The notes under the pieces are model-generated. The model had not been told where the DNA came from, searched no databases, and was given only the letters and a program-made list of their open reading frames with translations. A stretch of 64,000 bases of DNA from NCBI GenBank assembly GCA_009782215.1, contig WRKO01000005.1, forward strand, positions 30,083-94,082, written 5' to 3'. The translations under genes and the position numbers were made by a program. This document shows, one piece after another, positions 45,346-55,700 of the stretch. The stretch comes from Oscillospiraceae bacterium. GTDB lineage: Bacteria; Bacillota; Clostridia; Oscillospirales; UBA929. Every line of letters begins with the position of its first letter. Positions within the stretch are counted from its first letter, which is position 1.

Positions 45346-45438
45346 GTCTTTTTTGAAAAATATTTGAAAATCTTTTCAATTTGTTCCTGTTTCACCCCGA
45401 AATTATGGCTTGTCAAGTCCCCCCGCGTCCTAATCGAG

Positions 45439-45506
45439 CCTCTCCCGCCTCCGGCGGGAGAGGCAGAAGGGCCAACGTACCCCGTAGGGGCGAACTGCGT
45501 TCGCCC
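45439..45506 (-). terminator. Two GC-rich stem-loops downstream of leuS (possible terminator, no clear U-tract)
   Basis: GGGCGAA-CTGCG-TTCGCCC (45488-45506) and CCTCTCCCGC-CTCC-GCGGGAGAGG (45439-45462) lie 16 and about 60 nt after the leuS stop. Confidence 0.35.
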
Positions 45507-45522
45507 GCCGTCCCCCACGACC

Positions 45523-47913
45523 CTACCTAAAAATCAGGTTCACCAGACGGTCGGGAACCACGATGGTTTTGTCGGGGCTGCGGCCGGCGGCGGCGGCGGC
45601 GATTTTTTCGGTTTGCAGGGCGGCGGCGGCGGCCTCCCCGTCGGGGCAGCCCCTCGGGACGGTCACGGTGCCGCGCAGCTTGCCGTTGATTTGCACCGCC
45701 AGCTCGACGGTGTCCTCCACCGTCTTGGCGGGGTCATGCTCCGGCCACCCGGCCTCGCAGCAGAGGCCCTTGCCGCCGAGCAAGGCCCATAATTCCTCGC
45801 AGATATGCGGCGCGAACGGCGAGAGCAGGCGCAGGAAAAGAAGCATATCGGCTTTCGAGCAGCCTTTTTCCATCTCGTTCAGCAGCGACATCATCGCGGC
45901 GATGGCGGTGTTGAATTTCATCCCCTCGATGTCGCCGGACACCTTTTGGATGGTCTGATGCAGCTTCGTCTCCGGCACGGAGGACGCAAAGGGGCTGTGC
46001 GCGGCGGCCCACACGCGCTCTAAGAAGCGGCGGCAGCCCTTGATAATCTGCTCCGACCACCGGCAGCCCTTCTCGAAGTCGCCGATGAACAGAATGGTCA
46101 GGCGCAGGGTGTCCGCGCCGTAGGTGTTCACCACCTCGTCGGGATCCATGCCGTTGCCCTTGGACTTGGAGATTTTGGTGCCGTCCGAGCCTAGGATAAA
46201 CCCGTGGCTGGTGCGTTTTTTGTATGGCTCCGGCTGCTCAACCACCCCGACGTCATACAAAAACTTATGCCAAAACCGGCTGTACAGCAGATGAAGCGTC
46301 GTATGCTCCATCCCCCCGTTATACCAGTCCACCGGCATCCAGCGGCGCAGCGCCTCCTTGGACGCCGGCTCGCCGGGGTTGTTCGGGTCGGTATAGCGCA
46401 GGAAATACCAAGACGACCCCGCCCACTGGGGCATGGTGTCGGTTTCTCGCTTTGCCGGGACGCCGCATCGGGGGCAGACGGTGTTCACCCATTCGGATAT
46501 CGCCGCCAGCGGGCTTTCGCCGGTGTCGGAGGGCTTGTAGTTTTGCACCTCGGGCAGACGCAGCGGCAAATCCTCCTCCGGCAGCGGCACCATGCCGCAG
46601 GCGGGGCAATGGACGATGGGAATCGGCTCGCCCCAGTAGCGCTGGCGGGCAAACACCCAGTCGCGCAGCTTATACCGCACCTTGGGTTCGCCCAGCCCTT
46701 CCCGCTCCAGCCATTCGGCGACGGCCTTTTTGGCGTCCTCCACCTCCAGCCCGTTGAGGAAGCCGGAATTGACCATCGTTCCCGTCTCGGTGTCCGTGTA
46801 GGCCTCTTTGGTTACGTCGCCGCCCTTGACCACCTCGACGATGGGCAGGCCGAACGCTTTGGCAAAGTCCCAGTCCCGCGTGTCGTGTCCCGGAACCGCC
46901 ATAATCGCGCCCGTGCCGTAGCTCATCAGCACATAATCGGAGATATAGACGGGAATCTCGCCGCCGGTGGCGGGATTGACGGCCGATATGCCTTCCAGAC
47001 GCACGCCGGTCTTGTCCTTGGCAAGCTCGGTGCGCTCAAAATCGCTCTTGCGCGCCGCCGCCGCGCGGTAAGCGGCCGCCTCTTCGGCGTTTTTCGGCGG
47101 GCATTTGTCCACCAGCGGGTGTTCGGGGGAGATGACCATGTAGGTTGCCCCGAAAACGGTGTCGGGCCGGGTGGTGTAGACGCGCAGCGTCTCGTCCGTC
47201 CCGGCGATGGGAAACAAAATCTCCGCGCCCTCGCTGCGCCCAATCCAGTTGCGCTGCTGCGCGGCGACGCGCGCGGGGAAATCGCAGAGTTCCAAATCGT
47301 CCAGCAGGCGCTGGGCGTACCGCGTGATGCGAAGCATCCACTGGCTCTTGTCGCGGTGTTCGGCGGGCGCTTCGCACCGCTCGCACAGCCCCCCGACCAC
47401 TTCCTCGTTGGCCAGCACGCACTTGCACGACGGACACCAGTTGACCGGCATCTCCGCTTTGTAGGCCAGCCCTTTTTCAACCATCTTGAGAAAAATCCAC
47501 TGCGTCCACTTATAGTATTCCGGGTCGGTGGTGTTGACCTCGCGGGCAGGGTCAAACGACAGGCCCAGCCGCCGTATCTGCCCCCGGAAGCGCTCCACGT
47601 TGCGGCGAACCACCTCGGCGGGGTGGATGTTGTTTTTGATGGCGTAGTTTTCGGCGGGCAGGCCGAACGCGTCCCACCCGATGGGAAAGAGGACGTTATA
47701 TCCCTGCATCCGCCGCGCGCGCGCCAAGACGTCCATCCCGGTATACGGGCGCGGGTGCCCGATGTGCAGCCCCACGCCGGAGGGATAGGGAAACTCAACC
47801 AGAGCGTAAAACCGCTCCTTATCGCTTTCCTCCGACGCTTCAAAGCAGCCCTTGTCCAGCCAGACCTTCTGCCATTTCGGTTCTATCGCGTTTGTGTCAT
47901 ACCTTGTCATCAT
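45523..47913 (-). CDS. leuS: Leucine--tRNA ligase
   Basis: FPYPSGVGLHIGH (HIGH), KISKSKGN (KMSKS), the CP1 editing domain and Zn-binding CxxC pairs. 796 aa. Confidence 0.95.
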   Translation of the reverse strand: MMTRYDTNAIEPKWQKVWLDKGCFEASEESDKERFYALVEFPYPSGVGLHIGHPRPYTGMDVLARARRMQGYNVLFPIGWDAFGLPAENYAIKNNIHPAEVVRRNVERFRGQIRRLGLSFDPAREVNTTDPEYYKWTQWIFLKMVEKGLAYKAEMPVNWCPSCKCVLANEEVVGGLCERCEAPAEHRDKSQWMLRITRYAQRLLDDLELCDFPARVAAQQRNWIGRSEGAEILFPIAGTDETLRVYTTRPDTVFGATYMVISPEHPLVDKCPPKNAEEAAAYRAAAARKSDFERTELAKDKTGVRLEGISAVNPATGGEIPVYISDYVLMSYGTGAIMAVPGHDTRDWDFAKAFGLPIVEVVKGGDVTKEAYTDTETGTMVNSGFLNGLEVEDAKKAVAEWLEREGLGEPKVRYKLRDWVFARQRYWGEPIPIVHCPACGMVPLPEEDLPLRLPEVQNYKPSDTGESPLAAISEWVNTVCPRCGVPAKRETDTMPQWAGSSWYFLRYTDPNNPGEPASKEALRRWMPVDWYNGGMEHTTLHLLYSRFWHKFLYDVGVVEQPEPYKKRTSHGFILGSDGTKISKSKGNGMDPDEVVNTYGADTLRLTILFIGDFEKGCRWSEQIIKGCRRFLERVWAAAHSPFASSVPETKLHQTIQKVSGDIEGMKFNTAIAAMMSLLNEMEKGCSKADMLLFLRLLSPFAPHICEELWALLGGKGLCCEAGWPEHDPAKTVEDTVELAVQINGKLRGTVTVPRGCPDGEAAAAALQTEKIAAAAAGRSPDKTIVVPDRLVNLIFR

Positions 47914-48269
47914 ATTTCATCCTCACCGTAGCTTTTGGCGTCCGACCAGAGACGCTCGATGGCGTAAAACTCCCGCGCCTCGCGCAGCATTACGTGGATC
48001 ACCACGGCGCCGTAGTCCATCAGCGTCCAGCTCCCGCCGGCCTTGCCCTCGACGCGTTTGGGCAAAACGCCCTCTTTCTTCAGGACGTATTCCACTTCCT
48101 CGGCAAGCGTCTTGAGGTGGGTGGTTGACGTTCCGGTGGCGAAAACGAAGTAATCGCCCAGCGTGGTGAGGTCGGTGACCTCCAGCACGCGAAGCTCGGC
48201 CGCTTTTTTGTCCGACAGGATTTTGGCCGCTCTTCCCGCCAGTTTCTTAGGCTCCATATTGACCCTCAT
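47910..48269 (-). CDS. rsfS: Ribosome silencing factor RsfS
   Basis: ...DKKAAELRVLEVTDLTTLGDYFVFATGTSTTHLKTLAEEVEYVLK...WTLMDYGAVVIHVM..EAREFYAIERLW is the RsfS/YqeL signature. ATG 48269 overlaps the LCP stop (ATGA). An alternative ATG is at 48257. Confidence 0.85.
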   Translation of the reverse strand: MRVNMEPKKLAGRAAKILSDKKAAELRVLEVTDLTTLGDYFVFATGTSTTHLKTLAEEVEYVLKKEGVLPKRVEGKAGGSWTLMDYGAVVIHVMLREAREFYAIERLWSDAKSYGEDEI

Positions 48270-49423
48270 CTTTCCGATAACTGAATATATTCCACCAGCT
48301 CCTCCCCGATGGGGACGGTAAACGGGTTGATGGTTTCGTTGAGCAGCTCGAGCGCCTCCACGGAGAGAACCATTTCGTAGTATTCCCCCGCAAGCTCCGC
48401 CGGACGCCGCACCGAGACGGTGGGCAAGGTGGAGAAAACGACGTTGTCGATGCCGATGCTGTTAATCTGGTCGGCAAACCATAAGAGGTTTCCCCAGTCT
48501 ATATCGCTCTCCACATTGCTCTGGGCAATGCGGATGTATTCGGGAAACCGCGTCCAGTTGGAAAGGGCTTTTTTGGCGGCGGCGGCCAAAAACTGCTGCT
48601 GCATCCGCATCCGCCCGTAGTCGTCATACCCCCGCCCGGTGACCGGGTCGTACCGGAACCGCACAAGCTGCAAGGCTTGGTCGGCGTTTAAGTCCTGAAG
48701 CCCCGGCTGAAGGTCAATCCCCTCATACGGGACATGCATCCGCATCGGCACGTTGAAGCGCACGCCGCCGATGACGGTGACCAGCCGGAGAAACGCGTTG
48801 TAGTCCACCACCGCCGCGTACTGCGGCTGAAAGCCAATCAGCGTGGCAATCTCTTTTTTCATCTGCGCTATCCCCGGCTCGTCGTCCCATGTGTTCCGCT
48901 GCTGTGAATACGCGCTGTTGATTTTCTGAATCGAGCGCGGCGCGTTGGCGACGGCGGCGTCGCGGGGGATGGACAGGACATGGCATACGCCCTGCGCCGT
49001 GTCGAGGGTGGCCACCATCAGCGTGTCGGTCAGCCCCTCGTTCACCCCGGCAAGGAGAAAGGTATACACCCCTTCGCGCCGGACATATTCCGGCCCGGGC
49101 GGCGGGTCATGCGTGTCTTCCCCGCTCGGCATGGGCAGAGGGGACGCGCCGGACGGCAAAACGGGCGCGCTCGGCGACGGGCGGTTGATGATGATGTCGG
49201 GGCCGGCGGGCGCGCGAATCCACATCCGCAGGGAAACCACCCCGACCAAAACAATCGCCGCCAAAAAAGCCGCGGCGGCGAGGGCGATTTTCGTGGCCAA
49301 ATGCCGCCTGCCCCACCACGCCGCAAGCCGCCGCGGAACGCTTTTCATCCGCGTCCACAGCCGGTTTCGTCCTATTGAAAAGCGGTTTTGCCTTTTTAGC
49401 AGGCGTTTTGGCATTGTATCCAC
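48266..49423 (-). CDS. LCP (LytR-CpsA-Psr) family cell-wall glycopolymer ligase
   Basis: N-terminal TM, then FLLAGVNEGLTDTLMVATLD...HVLSIPRDAAV...KINSAYS, the LCP core motifs. Start is uncertain (49423, 49414 or 49348). Confidence 0.8.
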   Translation of the reverse strand: MDTMPKRLLKRQNRFSIGRNRLWTRMKSVPRRLAAWWGRRHLATKIALAAAAFLAAIVLVGVVSLRMWIRAPAGPDIIINRPSPSAPVLPSGASPLPMPSGEDTHDPPPGPEYVRREGVYTFLLAGVNEGLTDTLMVATLDTAQGVCHVLSIPRDAAVANAPRSIQKINSAYSQQRNTWDDEPGIAQMKKEIATLIGFQPQYAAVVDYNAFLRLVTVIGGVRFNVPMRMHVPYEGIDLQPGLQDLNADQALQLVRFRYDPVTGRGYDDYGRMRMQQQFLAAAAKKALSNWTRFPEYIRIAQSNVESDIDWGNLLWFADQINSIGIDNVVFSTLPTVSVRRPAELAGEYYEMVLSVEALELLNETINPFTVPIGEELVEYIQLSER

Positions 49424-49965
49424 TCCAACGCTTCTTGAGTAACCCGATCCTCCGGGCGCGCGTTTTCTCTGACAAACCGCATCGTCATGGTCAGCGCCAG
49501 CGCCAGCGAACGGTCGAGGTCAGTATACAGAAGCCCGCGCAGCTCCCGCATCCCGGGGTATTCGGCGCGGAACGGCTCGGCCATGTCCGCCGTAAACAAA
49601 ATTTTATCCAAAACGCTCATCCCCGCCCGCCCTGTGGCGTGCCACCGGACGGCGGACGCAATCTCTTCCCCAAAGCCCAGCTCGCGGGCGAGGGCCGCCC
49701 CGGTCAGCGCGTGGTAAACCTTCGGAACCGTTTCGCCCCACACAGACGGCAGTATACCATAATCGCGCATTAATTGCAACTGGTCGGGCGCTTCTTTTGT
49801 CATATCGTGCAGCAGCGCGGCGCGGCGGGCGTCCCCGGCGTCCGCTCCCCAGCGCGCCGCCAGACACGCCGCGACGCTCTCAACCCCCAGCGTATGCAGC
49901 GCCCGCCGGGGCGACAGCCGCTTTTTCAGCATCGCGAGCAATTCGTCACGGCTTGGAACCGCCAT
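49396..49965 (-). CDS. yqeK: HD-domain bis(5'-nucleosyl)-tetraphosphatase YqeK
   Basis: RALHTLGVESVAACLAARWG...AALLHDMTKE has the HD motifs. It occupies the conserved position after nadD. Start is the internal ATG 49965. Confidence 0.8.
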   Translation of the reverse strand: MAVPSRDELLAMLKKRLSPRRALHTLGVESVAACLAARWGADAGDARRAALLHDMTKEAPDQLQLMRDYGILPSVWGETVPKVYHALTGAALARELGFGEEIASAVRWHATGRAGMSVLDKILFTADMAEPFRAEYPGMRELRGLLYTDLDRSLALALTMTMRFVRENARPEDRVTQEALEWIQCQNAC

Positions 49966-50470
49966 ACAACCCTTCCTTTCGGATATACGCCCACACGGCG
50001 GGGGGCAGCCATTCCTGCCCCAAGCCCCGCCCAAGCAGGGCGCGAAGCTCCGTGCTGGAAACCGGCACGGTTTTTCTGGAAACGGCAAACGGCTCCGCCA
50101 GCGTTTTCAGCTCGGCCGCTTTATACCAGCCGTCAAGGCTCTCCCGCATGTCCTGTCCCATCAGCAGCCACAGCCTGTCCGGCTTGTACAGCGCCCGCAG
50201 GGCCTTCACCGTGTCGATGGTATACCGCGCTCCGCCCGTAAGCTCAAAGTCGCTCACCTCAACGCCGAACAGCTCCTCGGCGGCCAGACGGCTCATCGCC
50301 AGCCTGTGCGCGGAGGACGGCGTTTCCGGCGGCAGGGTTTTGTGCGGCGGGTCGCCGGACGGCATCCAAATCAGCCTGTCCGGGCGCAGCGCGTTCAGCG
50401 CCTTTTGCGCCAGCGCCGCGTGTCCTTTGTGCGGCGGGTTGAAGCTCCCGCCGAATAACGCAAGCGTCAT
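49946..50470 (-). CDS. nadD: Nicotinate-nucleotide adenylyltransferase
   Basis: ALFGGSFNPPHKGHAALA ((H/T)xGH motif) and ...SSTELR near the C-terminus. Confidence 0.85.
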   Translation of the reverse strand: MTLALFGGSFNPPHKGHAALAQKALNALRPDRLIWMPSGDPPHKTLPPETPSSAHRLAMSRLAAEELFGVEVSDFELTGGARYTIDTVKALRALYKPDRLWLLMGQDMRESLDGWYKAAELKTLAEPFAVSRKTVPVSSTELRALLGRGLGQEWLPPAVWAYIRKEGLYGGSKP

Positions 50471-51039
50471 AACAGCGTCTCCGTCAGCGCCCTCAGCGCC
50501 CGCCCCCTGTGGCTGACCGCGTCCTTTTCCTCCGGCGTCAATTCAGCCATCGAGCGGTTGTATTCCGGCACAAAAAACACCGGGTCGTAGCCAAACCCGC
50601 CGTCCCCGCGAGGCGCGTCAAGGATTTCCCCTTCACAGCGACCCTCGGCCAAAAGCTCCCGCCCGTCGGGATAGAGCAGGACGAGCTGGCAGACAAATTC
50701 GGCGCGGCGGTCGGTCTTCCCTTCCATTTGACGTAACAAATAGGCGTTTCGTTCCGCCGAATCCGTCAAGCCGCCGTAAACCGCCGAATCCACGCCCGGC
50801 TCGCCGGCCAGCGCGTCCGCGCACAGCCCCGAATCGTCGGCCAGCGCGGGCAGCCCGGTCGCCTCCATCGCCGCCCGGGCTTTAATGCGCGCGTTTTCAA
50901 GGAAGGTTGTTCCCGTTTCTTCGGGAACCTCGGTCACGCCGCAGTCGGCAAGGGATTTGATGATGATGCCCGCGGGCTTCAAAAGGCGCGCCATCTCGCG
51001 CGCCTTGCCTTGGTTGTGGGTTGCGGTCACAACGGTCAT
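50467..51039 (-). CDS. rdgB: Non-canonical purine NTP pyrophosphatase (RdgB/HAM1)
   Basis: [14 protein letters not shown]..., [29 protein letters not shown], and ...[11 protein letters not shown]. Confidence 0.85.
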   Translation of the reverse strand: MTVVTATHNQGKAREMARLLKPAGIIIKSLADCGVTEVPEETGTTFLENARIKARAAMEATGLPALADDSGLCADALAGEPGVDSAVYGGLTDSAERNAYLLRQMEGKTDRRAEFVCQLVLLYPDGRELLAEGRCEGEILDAPRGDGGFGYDPVFFVPEYNRSMAELTPEEKDAVSHRGRALRALTETLL

Positions 51040-51911
51040 ACAATGGCCTCCACAAACGCTTTCGGGTCAAACGGGATTAAGTCCCCAAGCTGTTCGCCCA
51101 CGCCCGCCCATTTGACCGGGACGCCCGTTTCGCGGACGGCGGAGAGGGCGACGCCGCCCTTGGCGGTGCCGTCCAGCTTGGTGAGGATGATGCCGGTCAG
51201 CCCGGCGGCTTTGGAAAACTCCCGCACCTGAGACAGGCCGTTCTGCCCCGTGGTGGCGTCCATCGCCAGCAGCGTCTCGCGGGAACAGCCCGGCAGCTCG
51301 CGGTCAAGCACGCGGCTGATTTTGTTCAGCTCGTTCATCAGGTTTTGCTTGTTTTGCAGCCGTCCCGCCGTGTCGCAGATGACGACGTCCGTCCCGCGCG
51401 CCTTGGCGGCGTTCACCGCGTCAAACAGCACGCTGGCGGGGTCGGCGCCCTCCTGCTGGCGGACGACGGCGCAGCCGGCCCGTTTGCCCCAGATGTCCAG
51501 TTGGTCCGCCGCCGCCGCGCGGAAAGTGTCCCCCGCGCAGAGGAGGACTTTTTTGCCCTCGCCGGCGAGCCGCGCCGCGAGCTTGCCGATGCTGGTCGTC
51601 TTGCCCGCGCCGTTGACCCCGGCGACCAAAATAACCGACGGCGTCGTCTCAAGCGCCATTCCGCGCCCGCCGCCGCTTTCAAGCACCTCGATAAGCTGCG
51701 CGCGCAGCAGGACGCGCGCCTCCTCCCGCAGCCGGACGTTGTCTTTTTTGCAGCGCTGGCGCAGGCCCTCCACGATTTCCGAGGCCAGCGCCGCGCCCGC
51801 GTCGGAGAGGATGAGCGCTTCCTCCAGCTCGTCATAAAACCCGTCGCCGACCTTTTCCCCCTCGGCGAACAGCCCGCCCAGCTTGCCTTTCAGCGCGTCA
51901 AACAGTCCCAT
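51036..51911 (-). CDS. ftsY: Signal recognition particle receptor FtsY (short N-domain form)
   Basis: [28 protein letters not shown] and [10 protein letters not shown] GTPase motifs. Confidence 0.9.
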   Translation of the reverse strand: MGLFDALKGKLGGLFAEGEKVGDGFYDELEEALILSDAGAALASEIVEGLRQRCKKDNVRLREEARVLLRAQLIEVLESGGGRGMALETTPSVILVAGVNGAGKTTSIGKLAARLAGEGKKVLLCAGDTFRAAAADQLDIWGKRAGCAVVRQQEGADPASVLFDAVNAAKARGTDVVICDTAGRLQNKQNLMNELNKISRVLDRELPGCSRETLLAMDATTGQNGLSQVREFSKAAGLTGIILTKLDGTAKGGVALSAVRETGVPVKWAGVGEQLGDLIPFDPKAFVEAIV

Positions 51912-52281
51912 TGGTTATTCCCGCTCCCTCTGTATAGCTCTCTCGCGGGCCGGTTTCCGGGGCGCCGCGGCTTTTGATGTGGAAAAACAGCAGCCCCGCG
52001 AGGATTAGCGCGGTCAGCACCGCGGCAATCACCGCCCGCCGTTCGTGCTTCGGGTTTCTCTTGGGGTTCAGCGGCCACCACCACGACCGTATCCTATCCC
52101 GTATCGAGCGTTTCACCCGTTTCTTTTCAGTTTTGTTGACATAGTAGTATGTAAGCTGATTGCGGCACGCGTGACACAAATCCCCGGCCTCACAGCCTTC
52201 CTTGCCGCATCTCTCGCATCGCGCCAAAATGTCTCCCTCCTGTCGGCCGATGTTGCCATACGCGGTATCATTTATCGTCAT
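51898..52281 (-). CDS. Hypothetical zinc-ribbon protein with C-terminal TM helix
   Basis: CERCGKEGCEAGDLCHACRN (CxxC...CxxC), a basic linker (KKRVKRSIRDRIRSWWW), and TM AVIAAVLTALILAGLLFF. Its ends overlap the ftsY start (14 nt) and the toxin remnant (14 nt). Codon usage looks host-like. Confidence 0.4.
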   Translation of the reverse strand: MTINDTAYGNIGRQEGDILARCERCGKEGCEAGDLCHACRNQLTYYYVNKTEKKRVKRSIRDRIRSWWWPLNPKRNPKHERRAVIAAVLTALILAGLLFFHIKSRGAPETGPRESYTEGAGITNGTV

Positions 52282-52390
52282 AATGGCCTTTGCATTGAAG
52301 TATCTCTATCTCGTTGTTTTCCTTTATTCGGTATATAATCCTGTTTTTTTCGTCCAGTCCGTGCAGGGTGAAGCTCACGCTATCCCTCAT
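52268..52390 (-). pseudogene. 5'-truncated YoeB/Txe(RelE)-family toxin remnant (40 codons)
   Basis: My translation from ATG 52390 is MRDSVSFTLHGLDEKNRIIYRIKENNEIEILQCKGHYDDK. The ...RIIYRI.E..I.IL.CKGHY stretch matches the C-terminal strands of YoeB/Txe (...HRL(V/I)Y.V......I..C..HY). The roughly 45 N-terminal residues are absent, and a TAA lies 11 codons upstream in this frame. The ATG overlaps the antitoxin stop by 11 nt, a typical TA arrangement. Confidence 0.45.
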
Positions 52391-52661
52391 TCTCCATAGC
52401 CTCCAGTTCGGCAAGCGTTTTTATCACTTTCTGCCCTGCTTTGGCCTGCGCTATAGATTCCTCAAGGATTTTCATGTTGTGCGGATTGAAATACTCCTCA
52501 TATCTGCTGACGGCCTTGACTTGAAACGGGATTGCCTGCTCCCGAATCGCCTGACGGAAAAAAACATTGACCGCGCCGGATATGGTCAGACCCAGCTTGT
52601 CAAACAGCGTTTCCGCCTCGCGCTTGATTTCATCGTCGATTCTAATGGTAATGTTTGTCAC
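52380..52661 (-). CDS. RelB/DinJ-family (ribbon-helix-helix) type II antitoxin
   Basis: (V)TNITIRIDDEIKREAETLFDKLGLTISGAVNVFFRQAIREQAIPFQV is the DinJ RHH core. The C-terminal NPHNMKILEESIAQAKAGQKVIKTLAELEAME is an antitoxin-tail-like segment. GTG 52661 is preceded by AAGGAGAGAAGGTG. The listed ORF start (TTG 52724) is actually the -35 box of its promoter. Confidence 0.7.
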   Translation of the reverse strand: MTNITIRIDDEIKREAETLFDKLGLTISGAVNVFFRQAIREQAIPFQVKAVSRYEEYFNPHNMKILEESIAQAKAGQKVIKTLAELEAMENEG

Positions 52662-52694
52662 AGAAAACACCTTCTCTCCTTTTCTTGTAATAAC

Positions 52695-52724
52695 ATTATA
52701 CATTGATGTTGTGTGCATTGTCAA
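52695..52724 (-). promoter_or_regulatory. Consensus sigma-A promoter of the antitoxin gene
   Basis: Minus strand TTGACA (52724..52719), 18 nt spacer, TATAAT (52700..52695) with TG immediately upstream. Confidence 0.55.
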
Positions 52725-52748
52725 TACATCTGCGAAAATAGAAGCCCG

Positions 52749-55700
52749 TCAATCCGCGTATTCTTCTTCCACGTCTTCCAGCTTTAGGGAAATCACCTTG
52801 CTCACGCCGGGCTCCTGCGCGGTCACGCCGTAGAGCATTCCCGCCTGCTCCATTGTGCCGCGGCGGTGGGTGACGACGATGTACTGCGTGTTTGCCGCGA
52901 GGCGCTTGAGATACGCCGCGAAGCGCCCCACGTTGACGTCGTCCAAATCATGGTCTATTTCGTCCAGCACGCAGAAGGGCGCGGGGCGAGCCTTAAAGAT
53001 GGCGAAATAGAGCGCGATGGCGGACAGGGACTGCTCGCCGCCCGACAGCAGGGAGATTGAGCGCAGCTTTTTCCCGGGCGGGCGGGCTTTGATTTCCACG
53101 CCGCTTTCTAAGATGTCCACGCCGTCGTCCAGCTCCAAGGCGGCCTCGCCGCCGCCGAATATCTCCACAAAGGTTTCGGAAAACTTCTGCGCGATGGCCG
53201 CGAAGCGGTCGGCAAAAATCCCCCTCATTTCCCCGGTGATACGCTCGATGATGCTTTCCAGCTCTTCCTTGGACTGCACCGCGTCGGCCCGCTGCTCGGT
53301 CAGGAACCGATACCGCTCGCCCACGCTTTCATATTGCTCAATGGCACCCACGTTGACGTTGCCGAGCGCCGCAATCTCCCGTTTCAGCTCCGAGGAGCGG
53401 CGCTGCGCTTTTGACACGCTTTCCATCGGCGTCCGCAGCTCTTGGGCCTTGGTGACGGTCAGCTCATACTGCTCCCAGAGACGGGAAATCAGCGCATCCT
53501 CGTCCTTCTGCGCGGTGAGCAGGCTGTTTTCCAGCTTGTCCGCCGCGCGGGAAAGGGCTATGTTCTGCTCCGCGCCGTCTTTAATCAGCCGCCCTGTCCG
53601 CACCCTGTCCGCTTCCAGCGCGCGCTGCTTTTCCACCGTCCCGTCCATCTCCTCGCGGCGGGCCCGGAGGTCTTCGGCAAACGCCTCAAGCTCAAGGCGG
53701 CACTGTCCGCAAAGGGCCAGCAGCTCTTCGCCGCGTTTTTGGTATCCCTCAAGGGCGGCGGCGCGGCTTTCGCCGTCCAGTGAAAAATCCTTTTCCCTTT
53801 CCGCCAGCTCCTCCAGCGCCTTCAAAACACCCTCGCGCTCCGCCGTCAGCGACGCCAACCGTTCCCTCTGGGCCGTTTGCTTTTCCCTCAAGGCCTCGCC
53901 CGATACGTCGAGATTCGCCCCGCTCGCGGCCAGCGCGGACGTTTCGTCCTTCAGCTTGGCGGCGGCGGCGGCGTGACCCTCCGCGGCAAGGGCTTCGTTT
54001 TCGCGCTCGGCGTCGATTTCATCAAGGGTTTTGCCGATGTCCGCAAGCTCGCCCTCGCAAATGGCGGCGGCGTGTTCAAGGTTTTTCAGCAGCGCGCCCC
54101 GGTGGCTCTCCTCAGAAGCCAGAGCGGCCGCGTCCTCCTGCGCGCCCCGGCGTTCGTCTTCGGCCACGTCGCAGTCATACCGCGCCGCCTTGAACGCCCG
54201 CTCGGCTTCTTCCAGCGCCTTGCCCGCCCCGGCGGACTGCGCGGCCAGCTTGCCCAGCTCCGCTTCCAGCCGTTCCAGCTCGTTCTTGCGCGACAGCACG
54301 CCGATTTTCTTCCCGATGCTGCCGCCGGTCATCGCGCCGCCCGCGTTGACCACCTGCCCGTCCAGCGTGACGACGCGCAGCCGCTGACCCATCTTCCTAG
54401 ACAGCGCAATCGCCCCGTCCAGCGTGCGGCAGACGAGGGTGCGCCCCAGAAGGCTTCGCACAACGCCCCGGTATTGGTCTTCACAGTCCACCAGCCGAGA
54501 CGCCAGCCCCAGCGATTCGCCGTCCGTTCCGGGTACGCCGTCCGCCTCCCGCCCGTCGATGGACGTGAGCGGCAGGAAGGTGGCGCGTCCGCCCTTGCGC
54601 TCCTTGAGGAGGCCGATGGCGGCCTTGGCGTCCTCCTCGCTTGAGACGACGATGTTTTGCAGCGCAGCGCCCAGCGCGATTTCAACCGCCACGGCGGTTT
54701 CGTCCTTGGTGCGGATAAGGCTGCTCAAAACGCCGTGCAGGCCGGGGAGGTTGCTGTTCATCACCATCGCGACGGCGTGGTTGCCTTCGTATTCCTTCTC
54801 CAAATCACTCAGCAGGGCCGCGCGCGATTGCTTCTCATGCAAGGCGCGGCGAAGGGCTTCGGCTTGCTCCCGCGCTTCCGACAGCTTCTTTTCCCGCTGA
54901 TCAACGCGCAAAGCGTAGCCCTTTAAGACGTTATCCAGCTCGGCAACCGTGTCCCGCGCTTCCCTGAGCTTCCCCTGCGTGTGTCCCAAACGGCCGCGCG
55001 CTTCTTCCAGCGCGGCTCCGCCTTTGTCCCGTTCGGCCAGCAGGGCTTGACGGCGGGCGGCCTGTTCGCCGCGCCGCGCCTCCAGCGAGGCAATCCGCAG
55101 CTTGCATTCGCCCAGCGCCGCTTGCTCCAAGGCGGCTTGCGCCTCCAGCGCCCCGGCTTGCGCCGAAAGGTCGCCGGTTTGCTCCGCCAGCCTCTTGATG
55201 TCCAGCGCCAGCTCGCTCAGCGCCAGCTCCTCGTCTTTGAGCGCCGTTTCGATGCGCTCCTGCTCGGCGGCGCGTTCCTCCCGCTGCTTTCGCAGGGCTT
55301 CGGCGCGTTCGTCATGCCGTTCGGCGGCCAGAAGCAAATCCTGCCGCAGCCGTTCGGTGTGTTCTATGTCGTTTTGATGGACTTTCAGCAAGCCCTCCGT
55401 CTCGGCGCGTTTGCCCTCCGTTTCGGACAACGCCCCGCGCACCGTCTCGGCGGTTTGGGCAAGCTCCATGCTCTCCTGCTCCATCCGCTCCAACGCGGCA
55501 TACAGCCCGTCCAACTCGGCCTTGCTCCGCTCAAACTGCTCCCTCGCCTCGTGGTATCGGTCGTTCTGCCGGTCTTTGCCGGAACGGATGGTTTCAAGCT
55601 GATGCAGCCAGAGGTTGATTTCAACGCCGCGCTGCTCGTCGCGCAGCAGCAGGAAGCGGCGGGCGGTTTCCGCCTGTTCGCGCAGACTTTCCACCTGCGG

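Noticed and set aside
45364-45792. 142-aa plus-strand ORF crossing the leuS 3' end and the intergenic hairpins
   Set aside because: It starts in AT-rich intergenic DNA, runs antisense into leuS, and has low-complexity Gly/Ala/Pro content. The region is better explained by stem-loops and promoter elements.
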